Shown: positions 38,833 to 52,642, counted from the first letter of the whole stretch. The stretch: 62,667 bases of DNA, filler included, from Choristocarpus tenellus KU-1152 (GCA_964200185.2; 12 parts of 12 records of this genome joined end to end with filler, not necessarily neighbours in it), one strand, 5' to 3'. Numbers and translations are program-made. The notes: generated by a model not told the origin, from the letters alone.

Positions 38833-41800
38833 TAATGCATTTAAGATTGTGTACTCTTGTAGTTTCTGAGAAGATCTTGATCAACAATGGCCTTGATGCT
38901 CATTGCAAATGTGAACCGCTCCATACCACACTGGGACACTTATGAGACTGGCGACTCAAACCCACAACCTTCATAATTGAAACTAAAATATCTGTTTTGC
39001 TCAACATATTGCTTCTTCATTGCAAGAATATGCTAAAAACTTGTTAAACATTGAAAAAAACCCTTCCAGTTATAAATCACTAAAAAAACTTTTGAATGAG
39101 CCAACTTGTTGAATAGCAATCCCCTCCATGAGGGTGCAACAGCACAGTCTTATGTGATAGAAAAGAGCTATCCACCCAATAAAAACTGATTACTACATTT
39201 ATGATATTGGTCAAGGGTCTGGAATCTGACCAACAAAGTTCACACTAGGATGTGGGAAATCACTGTTCTTTGATCACTGAATGGTAGTTGCTTTGGGAAA
39301 CCAGTCTGTTCTGCTTTAATCCATGAGTGAGAGGAATGCATGGGGTAAGTACAATCTTGGAAAAACTATTCTTATTGCAATCCCACTGCACACCATCAGA
39401 AATATTCTGTAGAGAAACATCAAATTTGCACCGAGAATAATATACAAAATACTCATACACAGTACTTATCAGTAACAAAAAATCTGATGAGAAATACAAA
39501 TTTACAAATTATTGACATATCCGATACAATACCATTATTTCTTTTACACAAGAGAGTCAGCAGTGTAACTGATCCTTCACTGTCACTGTCACTGATACTA
39601 CCAGACTGACAGAAAAATCCTTCTTCATCCTCATACATCCCTGCATAACTTGACCTCACTGTGTCTCTACCGAAAGTAGACACTAAATTAGGACACTGAA
39701 CACTATTGGACAATTTTAATGTCTCAGGGCCAATGTTCACTGCGCACATCAGGGTGCTCTACCTTCACTGACGCTGGTTACAACAATGATATACATGCAG
39801 ACTGAGATTGGGCTAGTTTGGAGTTAACCATTCAAACATGTGTCGAATGAAGAAAGTACACATGCACCAATACACTTCAAAACAATACACTAGCTGCACA
39901 CTCCAAAACCTTGTCTATTTTGGACAAAGAGAGGGATTAGGAAGATATCACCACACAAACATGCATTTCAAACCAGGTGTTGCAAGTTGGTAGAGCTGGC
40001 AACAGCAAAAAAATGACAAACACATAAATAGCTCGTGGCTGAAAGTCGATTGGATATTATGTAGTGAATCTAAAGATTGCTCTTGTGCAATGATTCACAG
40101 CCCTATCTGACTATGGTAGTACTGACTAGTATTAGGGGTTGGGTTGGTTCTTTTCAGCAACTAAGCTGCCTATGTTTTGTGCAATAGAAGGGTCATTTTG
40201 AAGTATTTTGGAACCAACGATTTAAGAACAATGATGGGATTAGCATGGTTATAGGTGAACAAATAAAAGAAAAAAAGACTTCAATGATAAGAATGACCTT
40301 GAGGATTTGTTTGCCAATTGAGAAAATGTAGCAAAATTATGTCATCTGCAGCCCCAACACACCCGCATCCAGGCAAATGCACAAATCTTGGGGNNNNNNN
40401 NNNNNNNNNNNNNNNNNNNNNNNNNNNNNNNNNNNNNTTAATTAATTAANNNNNNNNNNNNNNNNNNNNNNNNNNNNNNNNNNNNNNNNNNNNGCCAAAC
40501 TTCAGTAAGAGAAAATCTCCCCATCCATCATACAGTGCTCTACCCCTTGATCAGAATGTGACAAATGTATATAGAGATGAGCAGGAATAATGATGTCTTA
40601 TAGTATTCTTATGTTTAGGACATTTTATATACACATATGTATATAGTTTTCATTGGTTTTCCCCTGACACATCTGCAAAATGTTAGAGGGCATAATAATA
40701 TATATATATATATAGATGTTGATCGTATAGTAATAAAAAAAAATAGTCCAATAGAAGTTGGTTGAGGACTACGGTTCCCTTTTACTTGGCCTTAAGTTCG
40801 TTTACGATCCCTTATTGAATTTCGTTGGTTCGAACCCCATCCAAGCCAGTCTGCTTTTCATGGAAATGTGTGTCAATTGTCCACTATCCAAATTTCTATA
40901 GAAGGTTGCTATCCTATCTGTCTAGATCTCTGGTATAATAGTTTTGTGAACCGCGAATATTACACGTCAGGTAAACAAAATTATTCATATGAAGCATGTG
41001 CCGAGTGTTGGACTTCTGGAGAGATGTTTACCACTTGTCACAATCAACCTGCACAAGTCACAACCAAGTTCAAAAGATAGTAAAGCTCATCCATGACCCT
41101 CGCTACATCCTTAGCACATGTGAGGATACGATGACCACGCCTAGAGCGTCACTATCGCAACACATCTCCACTCAATTAAATCGTCTAGTAACAACATCTT
41201 CAACCTGGCTACCCGAATATTTGGCCCTGTCCTGTGAGCCCATGAATCCATCCAATCTTTTTGCAAAAGAGGTGCCACATTAAGATGCTTCATTCGTCAA
41301 TGTAGGACTCACTATCGGCGTCTGTTTCAAAAACACAACTCCGACTTCAACCTTCAACCTTCAACCTTCAACATATTCCTTAACCAGCACCTATCTATGG
41401 GTTGATCTCTAACTCTGTGTTGATATCTGAATTTTCCATCACCCCGTTGGAGATGATGACGACGAATCCACTTCTATGTGGGCTACCCATTTCTAGGTTT
41501 GTTTTCGTTTTTTACGTTAACCATGAGAATTTATGATTAAAATGAAATTGAATATTTCCAAGTGTGAGGTATCATAATCAATCCAATCCAATCCAATTCT
41601 TAACGCTGACCACTGAGTGGCACATAGCACTGCGAGGCAAAGGGGTCTCTTAGGCACGAAATTTTGACTCACTACTTACACTAACCCTGTGTTCTTTCCC
41701 ATCACTAGAAACGTGATCTCTCGAAATATCTCAGACCTACCATTGCTCATGCTTTGCTCAACGAAAGTCAAAGAGTATGTGGTTGAGGGGTAGTGAAAGT

Positions 41801-43254
41801 GAGGAGCGAAGATGGATTTGTCGTAATTGATGCTGATGTGATTAGGGGCAAAAAATAATAGTTGGCATGGTTCAGAATTTTCGATGTGTCACTAGAAACG
41901 GTACATACATAAAAGAGAACACGGGCAACAAAACCAACCAAACCAACACATCTCCATTACATAACAACTTCAAAGTAAAAAAAACACTAAGAAACAAAAA
42001 AATTTGCTCGCTTTTACCGAGCTTGTTGTGTCCCTTACAATATACTATTTTTATTATTTTTCTCTACACGACAAACCTAGCCTGTTATGCCTCTACAACA
42101 ATTTGGAATTCTCTGTTTGGGCCGCTGTCAAAGTCAAACTTCACCTGCTGCCACACACATGACATGGAGCTCTACTCTCTCTGCATGCCATTTTCTTCTT
42201 GCTGGTGATATGGTTCTTCTGTGCTGTGAAGAGGTGGTCATTGTCATGATGACAAATCTTAAGACAGTGTTTCAAAAGGTGGTGGTGCATGTGGCAGGGG
42301 GAAGTGGGTAAGGGGAAGTTCGAGCAGTACTTCATCAGGTTGGATTGCTATAGGTGTTCACTACTTAGATAAGAGGGAAGTAACAAGAGCGGCATTTCTA
42401 CCTCCCCTGTGGTTGAAGTGTATTGCTCTAATCCTCTATAAGCTGTCCACATTTCACAGCCCCAAATCTTCATTCTTTCTCTTTTCTTTCATATCCACAT
42501 CATATTTTGAAGTAGTAAGAATAAAGGGTAGGGGGATAGAACATGCAAAGCACGATTTAAACACAAACACGTTTGTTGTAATATTAGCGACTATGTTGCC
42601 CTTCCACAATATGTTGAACTTGCTGTTTGACCTCGCCCACCCCTCAACGGTTACCACAGTTATACGACCCTGGTATTCTCTGGAGTTCTATTCCTGATTA
42701 TCTTACGTCCTTGTATTTGGAGCAGAGGAGGTACAAGATTTTTTGTGTTACAATGTGATGAAAAGAGTGATTACCTTATAGAGATAGAATGAAGATGGAC
42801 GATCTTAACGTTGAGCTCAACCATCTCTCGACCTCTCATTGGTTTGTAATTTGCACCAGTTTCGAGCCCTCGTTGACTTTTATACACTCTGCATACAGAT
42901 AATCCTAACCACATTCATCCTTGTTTAAGAGAGCATGATGTGGTTGATGTTGTCATGATTTGTTTAGTAGGTGAAATTACTTCAGGGAAACCTTTTGGTC
43001 ACATATCTATGAGGTGAAGGAAGAAACAAGGTTTGCTGTCATCGCATCCCACCCATGTGCACCTTTGGGTCAAAGTATCTGGGGGGGGGTGTCGGCGTCC
43101 GTTTTTCACCCCTTTTTCGATTTTCACTTTTTGGTGNNNNNNNNNNNNNNNNNNNNNNNNNNNNNNNNNNNNNNNNNNNNTTAATTAATTAANNNNNNNN
43201 NNNNNNNNNNNNNNNNNNNNNNNNNNNNNNNNNNNNCTGTGGGAGGTGGACCCG

Positions 43255-44628
43255 TCAACGACCAAGCTGGGGCCCTGTTGAGGGGTGTTTCCCCCGCTCA
43301 GTGACGTTCCACCTCCGTACGGAGCTGTTGACACTATGAGGAACCTGTCCACAACGAGAGTTATGGGTCACAGCACTCGTGTAAGTTGTTATGGGGGTGG
43401 GGTTATTGCCAGACAAATGGTTAGCTTCATGCCGTTTGGCACGGTCACGAGCTTGAGCAAACGAGGTGGCGGGTTCGTCCCGAATCTGTTCAAGACAAAT
43501 TGCAGGAAGTAAGCCGTCTTCCATCAGGGTGATCTTCAGTTGCTCGACAAGCAAAGTTTTCGTGTCGACTGCATCTAAGGACGACGTTGTGCAATGAACA
43601 TCATCCAAAAAACGATTCATTGCTGTGGTGCAACATAAAGTATAGTGATCAATCGATTCGTTCTCACCCTGTTTCAAAGACGTTAGTCTACGAGCTGATA
43701 CACTTACAGCATGGGCGGGAGTAAACGCGGTGGTTAAGGCTTTCTGGACATCATCCCAAGTCTTTGGAGGTGTAATGGGGACAGGGGTGTCAAGAGATGA
43801 TTTCAAACGAGCCAAATCACTTGCTGAACGCCACTCTACTGTACCCGCCAACGCCTGAAAATAAAAGGTTTCAGCTGGTCGTTGAAGATTTTTCGGTAAA
43901 AATTCTATACACCGCGCATTGATCGTCTCAGGGGATGCGGGACCATACTGACTAGAGTGCAAGGAAAATTGCCACGTGCCATTTGGAGAACGAAAGTGGC
44001 AAATTTTCCTCTCCAGAAGCTGTAATGACAAGACCAGATGGTATTTCCGAAGCAGAAAACCTGAAACGATTTGCCTCTGACAATGGTGGTGAGCGTGCAA
44101 CGTCGCTACTCTGCTTAAGGAATCTTACTTGATCGGTGCCCATTCCCCGAGCTTGAAGCTTCATCAGGTCTTGAAGCCATCGAGGAGGCACAGTGTTCGT
44201 TCTGGCACACTCGTTGACGTGGTGCGCGATGAACAATGGTACAACATCCCTGAACTGTGCCTGTGAAATGGCCACCTCACAAATAGTCGAACTTGGGGGT
44301 GGGACCGGTTCTTCCTGGAATAGGATCCGACGAGTGTCACGGTCGCCCAAGGTAACACGATGCTCTAGGGTCAACAACACGGGTCTGACATTCGCCTGGC
44401 GATCTGTGAGAGGGGAAGGGGAGATCCACATCTACGTTCGGCGAGTGTTACAGTACTTGATGACGTGGAGTCGACACTAGACACGTCAGAATCGAGGTGG
44501 GTGGAAGACTCCATGTCTTCCATCGACTCATGGTCTTGGGCTTCTTCCTCTGGTGCTCTTGATGGTGCCAGATCTGGACTTCTGCGCTCTTGTGCACGAT
44601 GTCTTCGCCTCGATCTCGAGTTCGTCAT
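43255..44628 (-). mobile_element. Frameshifted retrotransposon gag (Ty3/gypsy-like)
   Basis: TWDDVQKALTTAFTP..LTSLKQGENESIDHY (retrotransposon gag signature); three overlapping ORFs; PBS-like TGGTGTCCTCAGAAATAGGG upstream (44662-44682). Confidence 0.75.
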
Positions 44629-44746
44629 CTTTCGTCCGCGGTCAAACAGAAATGCCCCGTCACCCTATTTCTGAGGACACCAGTGTCGCCAATGTGAATC
44701 GTGTGATTCTGTGGCGACATTGTTCACTCAGGCAAGGGTGGTGAAG

Positions 44747-45006
44747 GAGTGAAAGTATCTCAGAGGGTACGAGTTTTGCCCCGTTTGTCCCTTTGGATTT
44801 GGCTTTCCTTGGGTTTTTTTATGACATTTTCCTACTCCAAAATATTTCGGAGTATGTAAAATGTCTACGTTATGAAAAGGTGTGTCCGGAACAAGGATAT
44901 AGACACTTCCTAACAAACACAAAAGTCAAAATTACATCAAAATCGCAACATTGGGTTTTGACAACCAAATGGACGCGGCTCTCTACCCTCTAAGATACTT
45001 TGGCTC
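44747..45006 (-). mobile_element. MITE family A
   Basis: Both TIRs; no TSD retained. Confidence 0.9.
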
Positions 45007-45513
45007 TAGAGAATCACCGGACAAGACGGACCGCACGAACAAGGACGAACCGTGACCGAGGGTATGAGGTTAAGGTTGGACAAGCGTAAACTTAGGAGTG
45101 ACGAGCACCATCAAAGGTGGGGGTTCATCATCAGTCAAAACGTGAGAACAAAGTGGATCTTCCATGTGTGACAACTCCGAATGATGAGCTGTCCCAAGCC
45201 TATGGGATTGGTCACATGAAGAGAATTCCATGGTTTCATTCTAACGGAAAAGTCCGTCAGTGAAATCATGGACTCTTGACTGGGAACCTCAATCGGTACC
45301 TCGGTATATAACGGTATATGACATACGGCAATAACGGTATAATAACAGACAAACATGCTTTTCGCACATATTCCATTCATAATTCTGATGTACGTTGTCA
45401 TTAGTTACATCATATGGACTCCATCAAAATGACTATCTCTCATACACAAAATAAGGTACACCTCACTATTGTCCTATTTTGCACAGAGCCCGCCCACTCG
45501 CTTTCCTTCAATC

Positions 45514-46236
45514 GATTCCACTGCCAGTTTGATACTGCAGCAAAGGCGCCATGGTCTCCCCCAAAATCGTTCGTAGCTATAGTGATTGAAGCCTCTTCTA
45601 CGAGGGAGAGGTGTGGATGGTGAACAGCACCTGTAGCTGGATCCACGATAGCGATGCTATTAACACTGAAGAGGATCTCATATCCAACATCACAACTACC
45701 AATAGTACCTTGTGCACGTTGTGATGAGCCTCTCTAGAAGAGGAGACTATAGTAATAACTAGACGACAATAATAGCTGTACTATACGCCATCTTCATATT
45801 AAACGTTTTGACTTGGTTCATTGCTTCTTCTGGAATGGAGCCATACTCTGTATACCACACCAAACCAAAAGTAGATTCCACTGCCAGTTTGATGCTGCAG
45901 CAAAGGCGCCATAGTCTCCCCCAAAATCGTTCGTATCCATAGTGATCAAAGCCTCTTCTACGAGGGAGAGGTGTGGATGGTGAACATCACCTGTAAGCTG
46001 GATCCACGATAGCCATACTATAATACTGAAGAGTACCTCATGTCCAACATCACAACTACCAATAGTACTGTGTGCACGTTGTGATGAGTCTCTCTGGAAG
46101 AGGAGACTACATTAATAACTAGACGACAGTAATAGCTGTACTATATGCCATCTTCGTATTGATATTTCGAGTTGGTTCATTACTTCTTCCAGAATGGAAC
46201 CATACTCTGTATACCACACCAAACCAAAAGTAGATT
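45514..46236. repeat. Tandem duplication of a ~360-bp unit
   Basis: GATTCCACTGCCAGTTTGAT.CTGCAGCAAAGGCGCC at 45514 and 45874, colinear to ..CCAAACCAAAAGTAGATT. Confidence 0.93.
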
Positions 46237-46384
46237 GTAATGTATAATGATAGACAAGCTAGAAGTAGATGATTAAGTATGATGAATATATACTTGACAT
46301 ATTCTTGAAATTTTGTCTTTGTGTAGAAGATTAATACTTTGTACACCATACCCAAAATAAAGTAGATAATTTAAACATATTGTT

Positions 46385-47398
46385 CAAGCCGTCTTCCACA
46401 GAAGGTATACCTTGAAGGTAACCTATCTTGAAGATTCTGATATTCGTATGACATTTGTTCTTGATGTTGAAGGTAACATCTGCTTGAAGTAAGATGGGGT
46501 GGTTTGAAGGGGCCTTGCGAAACCCCCCTCAGAGTGAAAGTATCTTAGAGGGTACGAGTTTTGCCCTGTATGTCGATTAGGGGCTTGGCTTCCCATGGTC
46601 CCTTTTTATGACATTTTCCTACTCGAAAATGTTTCGGAGTAGGTAAAATTTATACGTTATGAAAAGGTGTGTCCAGAACAAGGATATTGACACTTCCTAG
46701 CAAACATGATAGCCAAAATTACATCAAAATCGCAACATTGGATTTTGGCCCCCAAATGGACGCAGCTCTACCCTCTAAGATACTTTGACTCTCATTCAGT
46801 TACCGGTTGTGCACTCCTTTCCAGAGTGGTCTTCTGGGGGATTGCTCTCCCTCTTGAATTGTCTCTCTCTTTGACCTTGCCTCCTGTGGGTCTTCCCGAT
46901 CCCCTTCATTACGAAGAACCTGTCGGCTTGTTTCCATCTGTTTCACAATATAATGAATATATAAAATACTTTAAATCTTCTGTTTTTCGGTGTTCTCTGA
47001 TACAACTTTTTTTTCCTTTCAACACTGCACGTTGTCTAACTAATCATTTTGACTACTTCGATCCTCTTTTTTGTAGTAGATCCATACACTCTATTTCATA
47101 TCTAAACTAAAGTAGATCATTTAAGTACGATGAATATATTCTCGAAATATGTGAAATAGGTGGAAACAGGCTGACAGGCTGTTCAGACTTAGGGGGAATA
47201 AGAAGACCCAAAGAGGCAAGAAAATAGAGAGACAAGTGGAAATGTCATGAGGGGGGGTTGAAAGGTCCCCTCAAGCCACCCGCTATTTACTTCAAGCAGA
47301 TGTTAACTTCAACATGCAAAAACAGATGTCATATGAACAACAGATCTTCAAGATAGGTCATCTTGAAAGTATACCTTAGAGGGAAGATGACTTTCACT
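46385..47398. repeat. Diverged long inverted repeat (46385-46531 vs ~47247-47398; ~46855-46950 vs ~47150-47235)
   Basis: e.g. ACCTATCTTGAAGAT vs ATCTTCAAGATAGGT; AACATCTGCTTGAAGTAA vs TTACTTCAAGCAGATGTT. Confidence 0.8.
46532..46791 (-). mobile_element. MITE family A inserted into one arm of a larger inverted repeat
   Basis: Both TIRs; flanks TCA/TCAT. Confidence 0.92.
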
Positions 47399-47531
47399 CG
47401 CATCACCCCCCCCCCTATGTGACTTGATGTGTGGTTCAAGACAACACAGATAACAACGGCAAAAGGAGGAACTGTGTGCTCAGAAAAACTGACATGAGCA
47501 CTGACAATATATATATATCTCAGCAAGGAGA

Positions 47532-47789
47532 GAGTGAAAGTATCTTAGAGGGTACGAGTTTTGCCCCGTTTGTCCATTTGGGGCTTGACTTCCCATGTTT
47601 TAGAAATGACATTGTCCTGCTCCAAAATGTTTTAGAGTACGTAAAATGTGTACGTTTTGAAAAGGTGTGTCCAGAACAAGGATATTGACACTAAAAACAT
47701 TATAGCCAAAATTACATCAAAATCGCAACATCGCAACATTTGGGTATCCAGATGGACGTGGCCCTACCCTCTAAAAGATACTTTGGTTC
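47532..47789 (-). mobile_element. MITE family A
   Basis: Both TIRs, small indels. Confidence 0.9.
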
Positions 47790-49766
47790 AAATATGGATA
47801 AATTGCATAAAAAGCTATATTCAAGAACGCATCAAATGGAAGGCGACCAAAACCTAGATACCTCTCGTTTACTTTGACTCTGTTTATCAACTCCCATTCT
47901 CCCTGACAACCAAGTATGGTATTCTGTACTGTTCATGTGTGATCTACAAAATCCGAGACCAATCAATCGGGACTTCAGAAAAGCCCCTCGATATTTGTGC
48001 ACACCAACAACTGAGTATTTAGAGATAGGCGTCAAGTGTTACACCATCTTGAACCTGAAATCACAGGCTTTCGCCTCATCACATCATCGCATGTAAATGT
48101 GATGTTCAGCATGAGATTAATGCAATTCGCGAGGTGACGCACAGAACGAAATTTCGGGAAAAAATTGGAATTTGGGAAGGGCCTACAAAGCGAGATAAAA
48201 TTCTTGATTGGCACTTCTGTCACGAGGCAGGGTCCAATCAGTCTCTGTCTCGCCTGGATCAGTGATCTTCCCTTTTCCCTCTTCTCGTTCTTGTCTCTCT
48301 TCTTCTTCACATCGGTTACTTTTGCTGGTAAATTCATCCTTTAGACTGTCGGCGTGAGTAGCACTGTCGTGAGGCAAGGGTCCAATCATTCCTGCGGGGC
48401 GTTCAGAATCACCAGTTGTGCCAGGGTGAGGTTGCTTCCAGCAAAAACCACAAGTACTCACAACCATCAAATCTTGGGATGAAGCTTGAGTTGAACCTTG
48501 GATCCGATGGGTGACGTCACATTATTTTGACTGTCAATGGCAAGCGGTTCAGGAGTTCTCAGGAGTTCTCTGTGTTTGATGTTGATGTGAACGTCACCAA
48601 TGACAAAGATATATATGTGTGCGCGCGGAAATGGATTGGACTGAGATCAACTCGCAACAGGAGTGCCCGTCGCACTTCCTTCCATAAATTCTCCCTCTGT
48701 CCCACAAGTCTGCGACGTTATGAAGTTTCACTTTTTGTTTTGGTCATTTCTTCATGAATACAAAGACCTTCCCGGTGATGTATGGCTCAAATTGAACCTC
48801 TGGATATAATTGTTTGGGGGGATTTTTGGGTTTCGTAAATTGTTTTGCGAAATAGTTCTGAGAAGTGGGGTCAAAGTATCTGAGGGGGGNNNNNNNNNNN
48901 NNNNNNNNNNNNNNNNNNNNNNNNNNNNNNNNNTTAATTAATTAANNNNNNNNNNNNNNNNNNNNNNNNNNNNNNNNNNNNNNNNNNNNTTTAGTGCCCT
49001 TTCGCGGGCCAGGCCCCAAATGGACCCCCTGGGGTAGCCCCCCCCCCCCCCCCCCCCCCAGACACTTTGTGCCATGACGACACCTCAATCCAATTTCATT
49101 GTCCACTCTCAAGTCGACCAATTTCCCAACGTTCTCACTGCATCCTCCTCACAAGATTGGGGCTCTCTAGCTCTCACCGTTCCTCCCAATCCTCCTTGGC
49201 CCCTACTTCAACAAAACATGGACACCACCACGGCCATATCCTACTCGAAGTCACTGCTTCATATACTTTGAAGCAATGGAATATTGTATTTCGCCCTGTA
49301 TTGGTTATAGGATTGGGATTGTACAATAGGCAACACTTGCAGCCTATTCCTCACATTGATTCAGTAAGACGCAGTCAACCTGCGACCCTCCCTACCCCTA
49401 CAATGTTAGCCTGATTACCCATGCACCAAACCCTGTCTTCCAAACCTAGTCACGGTGAGAAATATACTGAATGGTTATCCTAGTGCTCCACATTCCCCAA
49501 GGCAATGTGCCTTTTTCTCACACACAACAATATATCTATCTCTCTTATTCATATCACTATCTTCCTCTCCTTCGCTCCTTCTTCCCATGCACCCAAAAAC
49601 CCAGCCCCCCAAACTCCACCCTACCCCATTCTTACTGCTTCCAAAAGTACATGCTTCCACCCCCCTCCCTCAGGACTGTATATCTCTTTTCAAACAAACC
49701 GACCACAATTCAGACAGTCTGCCTCCCTCCACCGCATGACTCCAGGAACTCCAACAAATTGTACAG

Positions 49767-52072
49767 AGGGAGCTACCGGACATTGCAAAAGTGTTGCAAG
49801 TCAAGGAACGTTTGATAAAGGCCAAGGCAGCTGCAGCGGCGATCTGGTCCATTACAAACCCAAAGCTCTGTGAACATGCTATCAATGTCCTCAAAGGCCT
49901 TGTGAATTTTGGGCAGAATGCTGGGAGAACAGATATGATGTTTAACCTCCAAAGGAGTCTGCAGCAGCACATATTGCATTTGTGTCCAGCTGCAGCTATA
50001 GTATTGTGCATACGGACTGATGTGGGAGATCCTAAGGTATGAGTAACTAAGAAAACTGGGGATGAAATGGTGTTTGAACATCAGGCCAGGCACGTCAAAT
50101 AGTACCACAGGTAGCATCGTGTGCGGAGAACATTTGCTTTTGACCACTGGGAATAGGATATGTAGCCTTAAGTTTCTGCGCCGGTGACCCTAGACCCCCT
50201 ATAGATCTACAATTTATAGCACTGGGAGGAGAAGAAAAATCTGTTGGAGCAATACATCTGAAAAACGCTTCTTTAAGCCTTTGGAAGTACAGAAGTTACC
50301 TAGACAGAAGTACCCTAGGTGCATATTAATGACCAACCCCATTGGAGGAGCTTTTTTTGGCGTATATGATGTGGGAAAACTATGATGCAGGAGAAACACC
50401 CCTGAAGATGTTTGAAACCCTTTGAGGACCACGCAGGGGGCCTTGGCCAATTTAAGGGTGTGCAGTTAGGAGTCACTGCGGGTCGATACCTACTATGCAT
50501 TGCCGTTCATAGGTGCATGCATTATTGAATGTTCCACATTTCACGTATGTGAGTGAAAGTATCTTAGAGGGTACGAGTTTTGCCCTGTTTGTCCATTTGG
50601 GGGTTGGCTTTCCACGCATTTTTCACAGCATTTGAACCACTCCGAAATGTTTAGGAGTAGGTAAAATGTGTATGTTATGAAAAGGCATGTCTGGAACGAG
50701 GATATTGACACTTCCAACAAACCCAATAGCCAAAAACACATCAAAATCGCAATATTGGATTTTGGCCACCAAATGGACGCGGCTCTACCCTCTAAGATAC
50801 TTTGATTCATGCATGCGGGTTTTAACAACCTAATTTTTAGTCCATCGTCAGGGAATTAACTGCAGCTAAAGACCATGCTATAGTAGAGACTTCTCCTAGT
50901 TAGTAGTCCCTTGTCCTGACCCTGTGGCAACACTTACCCTGCACAAGCAACATGTACTGTGCTATTGCCAGTGTTGATCCACAAGTCCCCACATTCTCCT
51001 CGCCTTCTACGTCGTGCGATATTTCCGTCCCGGTTCACATTTTTTATTTTCTTCTCCAAACCCTCTTCTACTCTCTGAGACTTTAAAGTCCTCATTCTCA
51101 TCCCAAATCTTACCACCTCCATTTCCCTCCTCCCCCTTGTTGCCACCTACTGAGGATCTCCTTGGGCTACTCTCGCTGTTGTACCATGGGCAGCAGGCGT
51201 TGCTCCACCTTGATGCCGCATCAGTTGATGGCTTCTTCTGTGCCATTGTGCACCACTTGGAGCACTTGGCCCCAGCGCAGGCCCTGATGAAGGAGATCAG
51301 TAGAGGCCGAAGAGACATTCCACCCTCCTTAATTGACCTCTTCCGAAAATACAGGTCTCAAATACCTCCACTCCCTGGGCTTTGGAGGGTCGAAGTCCTA
51401 GAGATTCTGGCCAACGAAGAGGTTAACCTCGAAATTGAAGGAGAGAACAGCAGTGAAGAGGATGCATTATTGGATACTGGAGAGCAAAAGTCGAGGCTTC
51501 AAAGGACCCTTGAGACTGGAAGAAGCACAGTGATCCTAGCTGGCCCACCAGCAGTCATGGCCATAGTAGGCGGTCAACACACAGTTTCCCCTGATCAGGG
51601 GTGTGCAGAACCTGTGGCGCTACTACTGCTACTTGATGGAATGCTTCTGACAGGATTTGGGGCTTCTGGAGCACTTTGGGGGCAGCAGATCGCCCAGTGT
51701 GTAGGCGTATGGTTTTTCCCAATGCTGATCTTAGGAGCTGTTTCTCACGCTCTGCTCTACATTCTTCTACTGGACTCGCTTAACAAGGTTGAACCCAGCC
51801 GATCGGATGTATCTGGCAACAACGGGAGTGATATTGAAGAGGACAAATGGTGCTCCACCTCCACATATGCTTGGGGAGTGATATTTGCAGTGCTGCTCTC
51901 TGTCTGCCTCGCTGCGGCCCCTACAGTATTGTGTCTACGTTGGTTTAACAGGGCCAAGCAAACAAACCTTCAGTCTGTTCTTGTGACTGCTGATGCATCA
52001 CCTGGTGCTAAAGCAAGAGTCGCCTTAGACAAGGTTGATGATGGAGACAAGCTCAGAGTGCCTGCGACCTGA
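49767..52072 (+). CDS. Unknown protein with C-terminal multi-pass membrane region; exon 49767-50036 and terminal exon ~51155-52072
   Basis: 270-nt CAG/GT-bounded open exon; long open frame after a pyrimidine tract, with several hydrophobic helices (VALLLLLDGMLLTGF, VWFFPMLILGAVSHALLYILLL, WGVIFAVLLSVCLAAAPTVLCL). Confidence 0.65.
50551..50808 (-). mobile_element. MITE family A, intronic
   Basis: Both TIRs; flanks ATGT/ATGC. Confidence 0.9.
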
Positions 52073-52642
52073 CCTGTCTTGTCATTGGCTATATTCTTTG
52101 ACCTCATCATGACAGGGCCGGCCCTTTGTGGAAGATCCACTTAAGCAGGGTACGGAGCTACAGGAAGCTAAGAGGAAATGTGAGGTAGTGTCCCTCACTT
52201 GGTGAGGCCTTGAATACTTGATAACAAAGCTAAGCACATATTTTTCGTGTTGAGTATGAATAGATTTGACCCTCCCTTTAGTGTTGTTGTGTGGAATTGA
52301 TAGGTCCATACTATATGGCAGTGCCAATTATTTCAGTTAACTATCAAGGACAGGCCTGTGACAAGCAATAATGAGATATATTGCGTCCCCCATGGGTGGT
52401 GAAGCCCTTCACTGGGAAGGTGTACTGGAACTCTGCCATAGCAATTGGTACGTTAAGTGGAGAAAAAATACAGGCAGTGCCTATTCTGAGCTGCAAAAAT
52501 TCGTTTGACTAGTGAAAGGTCTAAGGGGGGAGGATCTGTCACTGCTGTGCAAGACAGTCTAATGCAAGAGGCCTTACGGTGGATTCAGCACGCGGTATGG
52601 CAGAGTTGTACAAAAGTGATGTAGTAGTGTCCTTGGAGTGGT

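Noticed and set aside
40790-40850. tRNA-like GGTTCGAACCCC..CCA
   Set aside because: Only a T-arm-like motif; no convincing D-arm, anticodon arm or acceptor stem.
48183-48470. Possible gag zinc knuckle (TCGFCWKQPH)
   Set aside because: Incomplete CCHC motif and no adjoining pol motifs.
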